From: an uncultured Candidatus Actinomarina sp.
GTDB lineage: Bacteria; Actinomycetota; Acidimicrobiia; Actinomarinales; Actinomarinaceae
Assembly (NCBI GenBank): GCA_902510995.1
Contig: CABXDL010000001.1
Location: 49,457-113,456, forward strand
Direction of reading: 5' to 3'
DNA: 64,000 nucleotides
Below, one piece after another: positions 1-9,536 of the stretch. Each line of letters begins with the position of its first letter. Position 1 is the first letter of the stretch. Both the position numbers and the translations under genes were made by a program. The notes beneath the pieces were generated by a model. The model was not told where the DNA came from, did not search any database, and was given only the letters and a program-made list of their open reading frames with translations.

Positions 1-511
1 GTATATTGCTATAGCAACAGGCTTTTCAGGTATTGCATATTTATTTATATCAAGAGAAACAGGTTTACTAAATCAAGGAGATATTTTTCTAGGAGGATCC
101 CTAGCTTTCGTTGGAGTTCAAGGTATTGCTTTTGCTACTGTTCTAAATAGAAAATATGCCCCAAAATATAAAGTAACTAGTTGGTTAACATACCAGTACC
201 CCTTAGTACTCGTACTTTCACTGGCTGCATTTTTGATTTCAGGTGTTGGGATAGAACCTCTTGACTTCAGCCAGAAACTAAGATTATTAATTTTAGTTGT
301 TTTTAACTTAGGAGCTTTTATGTCATTTACTTGGTTGATTCAAAGAGTCAGTGCATTGTTGGTAGCAACCGTTGATTATCTAGTACCAATAATAGGAGTT
401 ACAGCAGGAGTAGTTTTTCTTAACGAAGTATTTAATAGAAATATTATTATTTCTGGAATATTTATATTTATATCATTAGTTATAAGTACGAAAGAAGAAT
501 TTACTACTTAA
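1..511 (+). CDS. EamA/DMT-family membrane transporter, C-terminal part (5' end outside window)
   Basis: The frame is open from window position 2 to the stop at 511. The translation is hydrophobic and multi-helical with an EamA-like C-terminus. Confidence 0.45.
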   Translation, partial: YIAIATGFSGIAYLFISRETGLLNQGDIFLGGSLAFVGVQGIAFATVLNRKYAPKYKVTSWLTYQYPLVLVLSLAAFLISGVGIEPLDFSQKLRLLILVVFNLGAFMSFTWLIQRVSALLVATVDYLVPIIGVTAGVVFLNEVFNRNIIISGIFIFISLVISTKEEFTT

Positions 512-1086
512 ATAGAATTTAATTCTTTTTTAACTTTTTGTAAATCCTGCCAAGTTAGCCATTTTGGTTTCCCTTTTTCTTTTGAAGGATTTCTAAGCAA
601 GTAAGAAGGGTGGAAAATAGGCATATATTTTATATTATCTTTCTCAATCCACTGGCCTCTTATTTTTGATATAGGTTCTTTGATTCCAAGAAAAGATTGA
701 ACGGCTGTTGACCCAGCAAGGATAATAATTTTAGGCCTCAATAAATTAATTTGTTCAGTTAACCACGGCATACAAGCCTCAGTTTCATTAGAACTTGGTT
801 TTCGATTATTAGGAGGTCTACATTTTACAATATTTGTTATATAGCAATCTTTCAGAGGGTCTATATCAACAGATGAGAGTACCGTATCTAGCATTTTGCC
901 AGCCCTTCCAACGAAAGGTAGGCCAGTAATATCTTCTTGCTCACCAGGGCCCTCTCCAATTATTACAATATGTGCTGCTTCATTGCCTTTTCCAACAACC
1001 ACATTTTTTCTAGTTTTTGAAAGCCCACAAGAATTACATTTAATACATGCTTTGTTTAAATTTTTTAACGAAGAATAGCTTTTCAT
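508..1086 (-). CDS. Uracil-DNA glycosylase, family 4 (4Fe-4S type)
   Basis: GEGPGxxED...GxPFVGxAG motif with N-terminal Cys ligands. The length (192 aa) is typical. Confidence 0.8.
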   Translation of the reverse strand: MKSYSSLKNLNKACIKCNSCGLSKTRKNVVVGKGNEAAHIVIIGEGPGEQEDITGLPFVGRAGKMLDTVLSSVDIDPLKDCYITNIVKCRPPNNRKPSSNETEACMPWLTEQINLLRPKIIILAGSTAVQSFLGIKEPISKIRGQWIEKDNIKYMPIFHPSYLLRNPSKEKGKPKWLTWQDLQKVKKELNSI

Positions 1087-1270
1087 ATACAGCTAAGTTT
1101 AATACTCCATAAAATGAGAAAACCCTTGAATACTCCGCTTCTTCAGTTTCCTGAATTAACTTGTTTCAAGGGTTATCTCTAACCCTTCTTGTAATGATCA
1201 TCTATAAAGATTTTCTTCACAAAAAGTTAATTTAAAGATATATAAAAATATTTATGAAATCAAAAAAAAA

Positions 1271-2263
1271 TTAATTATTTTTTCCCACTTTTAAATCTTT
1301 TTTTCGGTATTTTAAAACAATATTACTAAAGCCTATGATTACAACTACTCCAAGTACAGCACTGAGTGTTGTTGATAAGAAGTTGTTATTTAAACTTGAT
1401 ATACCGTAATCTTCTAATAATAAAACTATTCCAGTACTCTCAGAAAATCCAAAATCATTAGCAACAGATTCCAATCCATCAGGAGATGAAGAGGCATATG
1501 GGGTTACTAAAGTAAGGCAAAGTAATAAAAATAGAAACAATCCATAAAAAGTAGATTTATTATTTTTTGTATTTTCATCAGTTTTTATATAGACCAAGTC
1601 AGACCTTACTCTTAATAGTAAAGAAACAATTAGTGCTGTTATAACTCCTTCACCTAGTCCAATTAGAAGATGAGATGACAGCATTGCAATTAAGACTTTA
1701 CCTAAAGGAACTGAGACAGTCCCACCAAGAGCATATTCAAATACAAAAGCTATTGAAGAAAATATAACCGACAAAACTCCAGCAACAATTGATCCTGAAA
1801 GTATAGAAACATTGGCTTCTCCAAATAATTTTTTCCATAAAGAAATTGTTAACCAGCCAACTAGAGAAGTGATTATTGCCATATTGAGAACATTTATTCC
1901 TAAAGCACTTAATCCGCCATCAGCAAACAGTAAGGATTGAATAACAACCACAATTGAGATACAAATAATTCCAAGATTAGGACCTAAAACTATTACAGCC
2001 AAAGCACCTCCAAGTAAATGGCCACTAGTGCCAGCCGCTATTGGAAAATTTATCATTTGAAGAACAAAAATTAAAGCAGACATCATACCTGTTAAAGCTA
2101 TTAATTTATCTGCAACCAAACTTTTAGCACTTCTAACATAAGCCCATAAAGTAGCAAAACTAACAATTCCTGATCCAATCGAAACTGGAGCATTGATAAA
2201 TCCATCAGGTACATGCATAACTAAATTATAAAAGCGATGGTTCTTATTGCAACAGATTTGCAA
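1271..2263 (-). CDS. ECF-type metal (Co/Ni) transporter CbiM/NikM fused to a C-terminal PDGLE domain
   Basis: Starts MHVPDGF like CbiM/NikM and is polytopic. The C-terminal extension carries a literal PDGLE motif. Confidence 0.65.
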   Translation of the reverse strand: MQICCNKNHRFYNLVMHVPDGFINAPVSIGSGIVSFATLWAYVRSAKSLVADKLIALTGMMSALIFVLQMINFPIAAGTSGHLLGGALAVIVLGPNLGIICISIVVVIQSLLFADGGLSALGINVLNMAIITSLVGWLTISLWKKLFGEANVSILSGSIVAGVLSVIFSSIAFVFEYALGGTVSVPLGKVLIAMLSSHLLIGLGEGVITALIVSLLLRVRSDLVYIKTDENTKNNKSTFYGLFLFLLLCLTLVTPYASSSPDGLESVANDFGFSESTGIVLLLEDYGISSLNNNFLSTTLSAVLGVVVIIGFSNIVLKYRKKDLKVGKNN

Positions 2264-2271
2264 AAAGCTTA

Positions 2272-3012
2272 CTAAATAATTTTATTTTCTTTTAACCACT
2301 GGTGTATTTCACTTAAGACGAAAGGTCTTGTGTCTTGATTCAAAATTTCGTGTTTTGAGTTTTCAACTTCAATAAAAGTAACATTATTTAATTTAGAGAT
2401 TTTGTTACAACCAGTAATAGGAACTATGGAATCTTCTTTTCCATGAAGAACAATTGTTGGAATGCTCAACTTTTCTATATTGTCATTTACAAAATCCTGA
2501 GCTTGAGTTATTGCATATCCCAATCTAAAGGTAAGGCTTCGGAAAACTAAAGGGTCTTTAAAGTAATCTTCAGCAACACTTTTATCTGTTGAAATATTTT
2601 TTTTTGTTACAGGAGAAGGAGATCTAAATTTTGGTGCGATTTTCGCCATTGGACCAGAAAGATTTCTAATAAATTTAGGATAATTGTCTTGGAAAAGAGG
2701 GGCTGAGAGTATTAAGTAGTCAGGCTTTACTACTTCTTTTAACACAGCATCTGCAGCAACAAGACCACCATAAGAATGACCAAAAAGTATTTTTTTCTCG
2801 ACACTTTGAATATTTTTAAACCCACTAACAACAGCTGAGCTATTTTCTTCCCAGGAACCTATGTCGCCCTTATTGTTTGTCTCGCTACCGTGTCCAGGCA
2901 GGTCGATTAAGTGTGATTGAATATTTAATTTTTCAAACCATTCCGCATTTATTTTTTGTCTACCTTTATGTTCAAATAAGCCGTGTAGTAACAAAACTCC
3001 AGTATTTCCCAA
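2272..3012 (-). CDS. Alpha/beta hydrolase (lysophospholipase/monoacylglycerol-lipase-like)
   Basis: HG oxyanion motif, GHSYGG nucleophile elbow and a C-terminal HG-D/H region. Confidence 0.7.
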   Translation of the reverse strand: MGNTGVLLLHGLFEHKGRQKINAEWFEKLNIQSHLIDLPGHGSETNNKGDIGSWEENSSAVVSGFKNIQSVEKKILFGHSYGGLVAADAVLKEVVKPDYLILSAPLFQDNYPKFIRNLSGPMAKIAPKFRSPSPVTKKNISTDKSVAEDYFKDPLVFRSLTFRLGYAITQAQDFVNDNIEKLSIPTIVLHGKEDSIVPITGCNKISKLNNVTFIEVENSKHEILNQDTRPFVLSEIHQWLKENKII

Positions 3013-3043
3013 TTTTTCTCTTTTCTCTATAAAATTAATATTA

Positions 3044-3766
3044 ATGAATATTGATTATGTTAAAACCCCTTTTACAAATAACCCATCTATGACAAGACTT
3101 GAAGAAGGACCTGCATACAATCAGAATCCTAATGAAAGATATTTGGCAGAAAAATACAAGCAATTAGATTTATATGGTGAAAAATTATATGGTGAAACAA
3201 AAATTTCAAAAGAAGAAAGCTTAAGAGAAAAATTTCTAAAATTTTGTAACTTAGATAACGCCTTATCTTTAATAGAAACAACAACAAGACTTGAAGAAGA
3301 TTTTGCAATTATGTATAAAGGAAAGATGGAGTTAGTTTCAGTTTGTTTTCCAAGTGGTTGGATACCAAAAGATAAACTTGGAAAACACCTTTCAGCTATT
3401 CATGAGCCAATTGCTGATAGCGAGCAGTTGATAAGAGCAAGCGACAAGATTTCAGACTACATGACTAAACAAAGCATAAAGAGGTGGGTTTGGACAATAA
3501 CTACAAGCAAAAACTTAAGCGAGTACCCAGATTTTGAAAAACCAGAAGTCAGTATCTTTGAAAATTTATATTTTAGAGTTGAAACACAGACAACAGCACC
3601 AATAGACAACTTAACAAGTATATTTTTTATTAAAGTTGATGTCTTACCTTTAGCTGAAGCTTGGGATATAAGAATTTTAGAGAGTATCAACTCAATGACA
3701 GAAGAGGTGTTAGATTACAAAAATCTTAGGCAGATTAAAGACCTATTAAATAGAATGGAAGTATGA
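3044..3766 (+). CDS. Hypothetical protein
   Basis: Coding-like ORF with an ATGA overlap onto the next gene. No family recognised. Confidence 0.4.
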   Translation: MNIDYVKTPFTNNPSMTRLEEGPAYNQNPNERYLAEKYKQLDLYGEKLYGETKISKEESLREKFLKFCNLDNALSLIETTTRLEEDFAIMYKGKMELVSVCFPSGWIPKDKLGKHLSAIHEPIADSEQLIRASDKISDYMTKQSIKRWVWTITTSKNLSEYPDFEKPEVSIFENLYFRVETQTTAPIDNLTSIFFIKVDVLPLAEAWDIRILESINSMTEEVLDYKNLRQIKDLLNRMEV

Positions 3767-4176
3767 AAAACGTTTACATAGCCGGACCATTATTTGATGA
3801 TCATGAAAGAAGTTATTTAGAAAAAATAGCTCAGATTCTAGAAAGCTATTCGTACGATGTTTTTTTACCTCATAGAGACGCAGGTCTTATTACAGGTGAA
3901 TTTACTTTAGAAAAAAGAGTGAAAGTATTTGATGTAGATATGGAATATTTAGACTCTGCGGATATAGTTGTAGCTTTATTAACAGGAAGGGACGTAGATT
4001 CTGGAACTGCTGCTGAGGTAGGCTACTCGTATGCAAAAGGTAAAGAACTAATAGGAGTAAACGCAAATAATGTTAAACCAATAAATAACTTTACATGGGG
4101 ATTATTCGAATTTGGTAAAAAAATTGTTGATGATTTAGAAGGACTAAAAGCCTATTTAGAAACAAAAAAAGATTAA
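3763..4176 (+). CDS. Nucleoside 2-deoxyribosyltransferase-family protein (Rcl-like)
   Basis: N-terminal VYIAGPLF motif and a small 137-aa flavodoxin-like pattern. Confidence 0.6.
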   Translation: MKNVYIAGPLFDDHERSYLEKIAQILESYSYDVFLPHRDAGLITGEFTLEKRVKVFDVDMEYLDSADIVVALLTGRDVDSGTAAEVGYSYAKGKELIGVNANNVKPINNFTWGLFEFGKKIVDDLEGLKAYLETKKD

Positions 4177-4183
4177 ATAAAAT

Positions 4184-4438
4184 CTATTTTCTATTCTTTA
4201 AAATAATAAAGACAATGAAGAAGGTAAAACCAGTTGTTAGAGTATTTGTTGCAACTAAGGGCACATCCTTACTGTAAATTCCATAGATGAACCAAAAAAG
4301 AGAGCCAAAGAATAAAAATACATAAGTCATTAAAGAAAGTCCTTCAGTTTTTTTTGTTTGAACTGTTTTTATAGCCTGAGGCAAGAAAGAGATAGCTGTA
4401 CATACTGCTGCTAAGTATCCGAATATAGAAAAATCCAT
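4184..4438 (-). CDS. SemiSWEET / PQ-loop (MtN3-like) small sugar transporter
   Basis: About 84 aa with three TM helices and an LPQ motif. The start is chosen at MDFSIFGYL to remove the overlap with the downstream gene. Confidence 0.55.
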   Translation of the reverse strand: MDFSIFGYLAAVCTAISFLPQAIKTVQTKKTEGLSLMTYVFLFFGSLFWFIYGIYSKDVPLVATNTLTTGFTFFIVFIILKNRK

Positions 4439-4442
4439 AGAG

Positions 4443-4901
4443 TTAAATTTTACTATGGTCCCAAGAGATAAACTTAGAAGGCTTAATAACAACAACTGAT
4501 CTTTTTGGGGCTTGGAGCTTCATACCTTCTAAATATTGTGCACTATCCTCACCTTTAATATACTTGTTGCCAACTATATCCATATATTTAACAACTTCTT
4601 CTGGACTATCTTTACCATTTATAATTTCTGCTTCTCCATAAACAATTATTCCTTGTAAGTCGGAATACTGACTACCAGCTTCTGTTAAAACAGTAATCCT
4701 CGAATCTCTTTGTAAGTTAATAATTTTTTGTGATTTTGTATAAGTATGAAAAATAAAGTTATCACCATCATAGAGATACCACATTGTTGTTAGATGAGGG
4801 CTCCCATCTTTATTTATTGTTCCTATTTGTAAAGAAATTTGATTTTGAAGAAAACTAGTAATTTCCTCTTCAGACATCTTAATTTTATCTCTTAAGCTCA
4901 T
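4443..4901 (-). CDS. Pyridoxamine-5'-phosphate-oxidase-like FMN-binding split-barrel protein
   Basis: PNPOx-like (general stress protein 26-like) sequence pattern, 152 aa. Confidence 0.55.
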   Translation of the reverse strand: MSLRDKIKMSEEEITSFLQNQISLQIGTINKDGSPHLTTMWYLYDGDNFIFHTYTKSQKIINLQRDSRITVLTEAGSQYSDLQGIIVYGEAEIINGKDSPEEVVKYMDIVGNKYIKGEDSAQYLEGMKLQAPKRSVVVIKPSKFISWDHSKI

Positions 4902-4976
4902 AACTTAATCCTACAAAACTTCGGCAAAAAGGGGGACTTATTATTGTTTATGGTTTATAAATTGAAAAAAGTCAGT

Positions 4977-5050
4977 GGGCCTAGTTAGATTTGAACTAAC
5001 GACCTCATCCTTATCAGGGATGCGCTCTAACCAGGCTGAGCTATAGGCCC
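4977..5050 (-). tRNA. tRNA-Ile (anticodon GAT)
   Basis: The reverse complement folds as a cloverleaf with acceptor GGGCCUA/UAGGCCC and anticodon loop CUGAUAA. Confidence 0.85.
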
Positions 5051-5139
5051 TTACGTCATATATACATTAGTAACGAAAATAAAATATTTCTAAAATTTTT
5101 TCATTTACACTGGAATACAAGGCATAATATAAAAAGCAA

Positions 5140-5212
5140 GGGGATGTAGCTCAGTTGGAAGAGCACCTGCTTTGCAAGCAGGGGGTCGTGGGTTCAAGTC
5201 CCATCATCTCCA
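5140..5212 (+). tRNA. tRNA-Ala (anticodon TGC)
   Basis: GGGGAUGUAGCUCAGUUGG start, anticodon loop UUUGCAA, and the G3:U70 Ala identity pair in the acceptor stem. Confidence 0.85.
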
Positions 5213-5427
5213 CGATAAGGTATTCTAAATATATGGAAAATAAAGATTTCGAAAACCTAAATGACGAAGAACTCTCAGAGTTAAAAGACTCACTTGAAGA
5301 GACAATTCAAAATAGAAAAAGGAAGCGTCTAGCAGCTTCTAAAAAAGTAATGGGAACAAAAGGGATTGCAACAGCTTGGATTATTATTGCGATACTTATT
5401 TCTATCTACAGATATATTTCATTTTAA

Positions 5428-5661
5428 ATGGAAATATTAATTGCTTTATTCATTGGGTTCATTATTTTTAGATTCCTTAAGAATTCAATTGGATCTCTAG
5501 CAAATACTCCTCCTGAAATTGACCCAACGGATGTTTTAGAGACATCACAAGAGTTTATATGCAATTCTTGTGGAACAGAGCTTACAGTTAATTTTCAATC
5601 AGTAGTAGTAAATGAACCTCCTAAACACTGTAAAGAAGAGATGGTATTAATAGAGGAATAA
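5428..5661 (+). CDS. Small membrane protein with a C-terminal CxxC...HC zinc-ribbon-like motif
   Basis: N-terminal TM helix, then NSCGTE...KHCKEE. The ORF immediately upstream (5233..5427) may be a second tail-anchored micro-protein. Confidence 0.3.
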   Translation: MEILIALFIGFIIFRFLKNSIGSLANTPPEIDPTDVLETSQEFICNSCGTELTVNFQSVVVNEPPKHCKEEMVLIEE

Positions 5662-6605
5662 TGGAAATATACCTTCAAGCTAGAGGAAGCTATCAAACAT
5701 TGTTAGACCTTTCTAAATGGTCTGAAGAAAATCAGATAGAAAGAATCGGCCTACCTGATCATTATATTGTTGGTAAACAACGCCAGAACAAAGATGAAGC
5801 TGCCCCAGCTCTAGATTTAATGACTGCATGTGCTGGTTTGGTAAGAGAGACTCAAAGAATGGTTTATTCAATACTTGTTTCACCAATAACGTTTAGACAT
5901 CCAAGTGTTCTTGTAAAAATGGCTTCAACAATCAATGAAATGGCAGAAGGTAGATTTAGATTAGGTGTTGGTACTGGTTGGTTGGAAATTGAGCATGAGT
6001 TATATGGAATACCATTTCCTGATCTTAAAATAAGATTTGAAATGCTAGAGGAATCCTTACTTTATATTCGAGAAGCTTTGTCCGGGAATAAAAATGGTTT
6101 TAAAGGAGATTACTTTCATTTGGAACAATTTCCTGTAGAGCCAGCAACACTTAAAGATATACCAATAATAATTGGTGGAGGTGGAAAAGTTAAAACCCCT
6201 ACACTTGCTGGAAGGTATTCTGAAGAATTTAATATATATGCCGGTCCTAAAGAGACTCTAGAAAATAGTATTAATCTGTTTAAAAATGTCGCAGAAGAAA
6301 ATAATAGAGATGTAGCATCTCTTGAAGTAACAACTGCCTGTCCACCTGTTGTAGGCTTAAATAAATCAAGTGTGGATGAGTCATTAATTACAGCTGCTAA
6401 AGCATTAACTCAACCAGAAGATGAAATTGCAAAAAATTGGAAAGATAGAAGCTATTTATATGGAACCCCCGAACAAGCAGCTGAGACTCTAGGAATGTGG
6501 CAAGAAGTTGGTATTAGCGCCGTTTATTTACAGCTACTTTCACTAGAAGAATATAAAAGAAAAGAAACAATAGAAGTTATACGTCAGGCAATAAATTTAC
6601 TATAA
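5661..6605 (+). CDS. Luciferase-like monooxygenase (LLM) family flavin/F420-dependent oxidoreductase
   Basis: TIM-barrel LLM sequence pattern, 314 aa. Confidence 0.6.
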   Translation: MEIYLQARGSYQTLLDLSKWSEENQIERIGLPDHYIVGKQRQNKDEAAPALDLMTACAGLVRETQRMVYSILVSPITFRHPSVLVKMASTINEMAEGRFRLGVGTGWLEIEHELYGIPFPDLKIRFEMLEESLLYIREALSGNKNGFKGDYFHLEQFPVEPATLKDIPIIIGGGGKVKTPTLAGRYSEEFNIYAGPKETLENSINLFKNVAEENNRDVASLEVTTACPPVVGLNKSSVDESLITAAKALTQPEDEIAKNWKDRSYLYGTPEQAAETLGMWQEVGISAVYLQLLSLEEYKRKETIEVIRQAINLL

Positions 6606-6674
6606 ATTAATAAAGCTAAACGCAAAAAATAAATTTGATATATTGATTATAGAAGGATTATTAAAGACTAATAA

Positions 6675-6929
6675 TTAGCGATATTCTGTAGTCATTATGA
6701 ACCCAACCCCAATAAGACCAAGCCCGCTCCATAAATACCATTTCGAGACAGAGCCAGGAAGAACAGTTAGATAATTCAGCACAATCATCAAAACCCCTAG
6801 GACCATTAATAATGTCATAATTACTATATAACTTCTTGAAGAAGGGCCTTTATCTCCAAAAGCTTTTGGAGATAGCTTTTTAGTCTGAGTTGGTTGAGAG
6901 TTTTTAACTCTTTTTTTAGAAACAGGCAT
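6675..6929 (-). CDS. crgA: Cell-division membrane protein CrgA
   Basis: 84 aa with a basic N-terminus and two TM helices. It lies next to the pknB locus, as in other Actinobacteria. Confidence 0.65.
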   Translation of the reverse strand: MPVSKKRVKNSQPTQTKKLSPKAFGDKGPSSRSYIVIMTLLMVLGVLMIVLNYLTVLPGSVSKWYLWSGLGLIGVGFIMTTEYR

Positions 6930-6946
6930 AAGGAGATTGTAAACTA

Positions 6947-7777
6947 TTAACTTTTAATTTCAATATATTTATTTTTCGAAATATTTATAAACCCATCTCT
7001 TTCAAGATCTTTTATTAATTTTTTTACTCTATGTTCTTTAATATTTAATTTTTTTGCTAGTTCACAAGAAGTAACTTTTTTTGCATTAATTAATATTTTT
7101 ATAATTTGCCCTCTTTTCTGTCTGTTTGAATTCTGAAAAGGCTCTTTTTTTTGTGTTTCTTCTTTAATATATTTCATACATTGCTTCTCTAGGGGACAAA
7201 TACTACATTTAGGATTTCTATTAGTACAGATTTTAGAGCCTAGATCCATAAGAGCTTGGTTAAAGTCTCTTGAGTTGGAGTAACTTAATAAATCTTTTTG
7301 ATTTTTCTCAATAAATTTATCAAGATTATTTATTTTAAAATATCTTCTAAGTATTCTTTTTACATTTGTATCAACCGTTATAACTTTTTCACCATAAGCA
7401 AAAGAAAGCAAAGCAGAATTCGTATACTCACCAACTCCTGGAAGTTCCATAAAGTTTGGATAGAGGTCTTCAAATGGTTTAGTGTTTAATATCTTTGAGG
7501 ACTGGTGCATTCTTATTGCTCTATTGTTGTAACCTAGACCTGACCAAAGATTAAGTATTTTCCTTCTTGAAGCTAGTGCCATTTTTTCTGGATTTGGATA
7601 TTCTAGAATAAACTTTTTGTAATACTTGTTAGCTCTCTCTAGCTGTGTTTGCTGAGATAGAACCTCAATTAAATATATTTTCCAGGGGTCATTAGTTTTT
7701 CTCCATGAGAAATTTCTATTATTTTTTTTATACCAAGATCTAATATTTTTTTTAAAAAAGTCGATTTCAGTCTTCAA
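6947..7777 (-). CDS. MutY-like HhH-GPD DNA glycosylase with C-terminal winged-helix domain
   Basis: FSWR...DPWKIYLIEVLSQQT, WSGLGYNNRA, LPGVG...VDTNV and a C-x6-C-x2-C-x5-C Fe-S loop. The C-terminal 50 aa looks like a wHTH rather than a NUDIX-like domain. Confidence 0.75.
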   Translation of the reverse strand: MKTEIDFFKKNIRSWYKKNNRNFSWRKTNDPWKIYLIEVLSQQTQLERANKYYKKFILEYPNPEKMALASRRKILNLWSGLGYNNRAIRMHQSSKILNTKPFEDLYPNFMELPGVGEYTNSALLSFAYGEKVITVDTNVKRILRRYFKINNLDKFIEKNQKDLLSYSNSRDFNQALMDLGSKICTNRNPKCSICPLEKQCMKYIKEETQKKEPFQNSNRQKRGQIIKILINAKKVTSCELAKKLNIKEHRVKKLIKDLERDGFINISKNKYIEIKS

Positions 7778-9536
7778 AAGTTAACTCTATTGGGTCTTCT
7801 GGGTCAGTTAGCTCCCCACCTCTAGGAATTTGCTTAACAATTTTTCCACTAGTATCTCCAGTAACAGTAGCCACAAGTCCAGCTTGTTCTAATATTTCCA
7901 GTGCTTCTTCATAGCTTTTTCCTTCGACCTCAGGTACTTCTATCTTTATTCCCAGTGAGACTATTACTTCTATTATTTGATCAGGTGTTACAATTTCTCC
8001 AGCAGCAGGTAATGTATGTGAAACAAGACCCACTGAAACATCTTCTGAATATTCTTCAACAAACTCATATGCAAGACCGAGAGTTTCAAGTATCTGGATA
8101 GCATCTACAAGTGATTTTCTTGAGAGATCAACAATTTCAATTAAGCTAGGGCCTTTAGACACGACTAAGTCAACACTAGAACCTGGACTCATTTTTGTTC
8201 CGGCAACTGGGTTTTGAGAAAGAATGAATCCTCTCGGAGCAAGGTCATCATTTACTTCGAGTGTTTTGCCTAAAATAAAACCACTTTGCTCAATTATATA
8301 AATCCCCCTAGCAGTTTCAAGGTCAACTACATAAGGAATAGGAAAGGCTTCAGGCCCCACAGAAACAATAATTGTAACTAGTGTATCAGGACTTGTTATT
8401 GTATTTGCTATTGGTTGAGTTCTAACGACGGCACCTGGAGGAACATTTGGATGAGCAGAATTTTCTATGCCAACTTTAAATCCAAGAGCTTGTAGGTCAG
8501 ACAGGGCTTCTGCTTGATCACTTCCAGTAAGGTCTGGTATTTCAATCAAAGTAGGAGCTCCGCCATCCACAGGAAGGCCATCAAATATTTTAGATAAAGT
8601 CCAGAAAGTTCCTAGAACTAAACCAATTGAAATAACTAAAGCAGGAAGAGTAAATTTATATTTAATAGTTGGGTTTGTAAGATCAACAAGACTTTCTTGT
8701 GTTTGAACCACTTCCAACTGGTTTCGTTGCTGAAGAAGAACAGCTCTCAAATCTTCAGCACTTTTAAACCTATCTTTTGGGGTTTTGTGGAGCAACTTCA
8801 ATATTGCATTTTCAATTCCTTTGGGTAAGTCTTTTCTATATTTAGATGGCTTATCTGGTTTTTCAGTAAGATGTTTTGTTGCTGTAGCAATTGGAGATTC
8901 AGCCTCAAAAGGGGGGTTTCCGGTAAGAAGTTCATATAGAACAGTTCCTAATGAATAAAGGTCTGAACCAACAGACACAGCTTTACCCTGGGCTTGTTCA
9001 GGAGATATATAGCTTGCTGTTCCTAATATTGAACCAGTTTTAGTAATATCACTTTCGTCATCCTGTATAGAAACTATCCCAAAATCCGTTACTTTTACTT
9101 TTCCTCCAGGAGTAATCATTATATTGCCAGGTTTTATATCTCTATGGACAAGGCCCTGAGTGTGTGCTGCTTGTAAACCATTAGCAACTTGAGCTCCTAT
9201 AAAAAGAACATCACTTAAACTTATGGTTTTTTTATTTGAAATAATTGAGGTTAATGTATTTCCTTCAATATACTCCATAACAAAATAAGGTTCTTCTTCT
9301 ATCCCCCAGTCAAAAATTTGCACAATATTTGGATGATTTAAGTTAGCTGCAGTTTGAGCTTCTCTTTTAAATCTTTCAACAAATGTCGTTTGCTCTACAT
9401 AATTTGGCTTCAGTGTTTTTATCGCAACCATTCTTTCCAGTTGCATATCTTTTGCTTTATAAACAAAAGCCATACCACCTTCTCCAAGTAGCTCAATAAC
9501 TTTATATCTTTCTTTGATTATTTGACCAATTTTCAT
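7767..9536 (-). CDS. pknB: Ser/Thr protein kinase with extracellular PASTA repeats (PknB-type)
   Basis: Kinase subdomains (GxGxxG...VAIK...HRDIKPGN...DFG), one TM helix and C-terminal PASTA repeats. Confidence 0.9.
   Translation of the reverse strand: MKIGQIIKERYKVIELLGEGGMAFVYKAKDMQLERMVAIKTLKPNYVEQTTFVERFKREAQTAANLNHPNIVQIFDWGIEEEPYFVMEYIEGNTLTSIISNKKTISLSDVLFIGAQVANGLQAAHTQGLVHRDIKPGNIMITPGGKVKVTDFGIVSIQDDESDITKTGSILGTASYISPEQAQGKAVSVGSDLYSLGTVLYELLTGNPPFEAESPIATATKHLTEKPDKPSKYRKDLPKGIENAILKLLHKTPKDRFKSAEDLRAVLLQQRNQLEVVQTQESLVDLTNPTIKYKFTLPALVISIGLVLGTFWTLSKIFDGLPVDGGAPTLIEIPDLTGSDQAEALSDLQALGFKVGIENSAHPNVPPGAVVRTQPIANTITSPDTLVTIIVSVGPEAFPIPYVVDLETARGIYIIEQSGFILGKTLEVNDDLAPRGFILSQNPVAGTKMSPGSSVDLVVSKGPSLIEIVDLSRKSLVDAIQILETLGLAYEFVEEYSEDVSVGLVSHTLPAAGEIVTPDQIIEVIVSLGIKIEVPEVEGKSYEEALEILEQAGLVATVTGDTSGKIVKQIPRGGELTDPEDPIELTFED

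Noticed and set aside
5155-5427. 90-aa ORF starting inside tRNA-Ala
   Set aside because: The first ~26 codons are the tRNA itself. If anything is real it is the 64-aa tail-anchored ORF from ATG 5233. That ORF was left as a low-confidence note.
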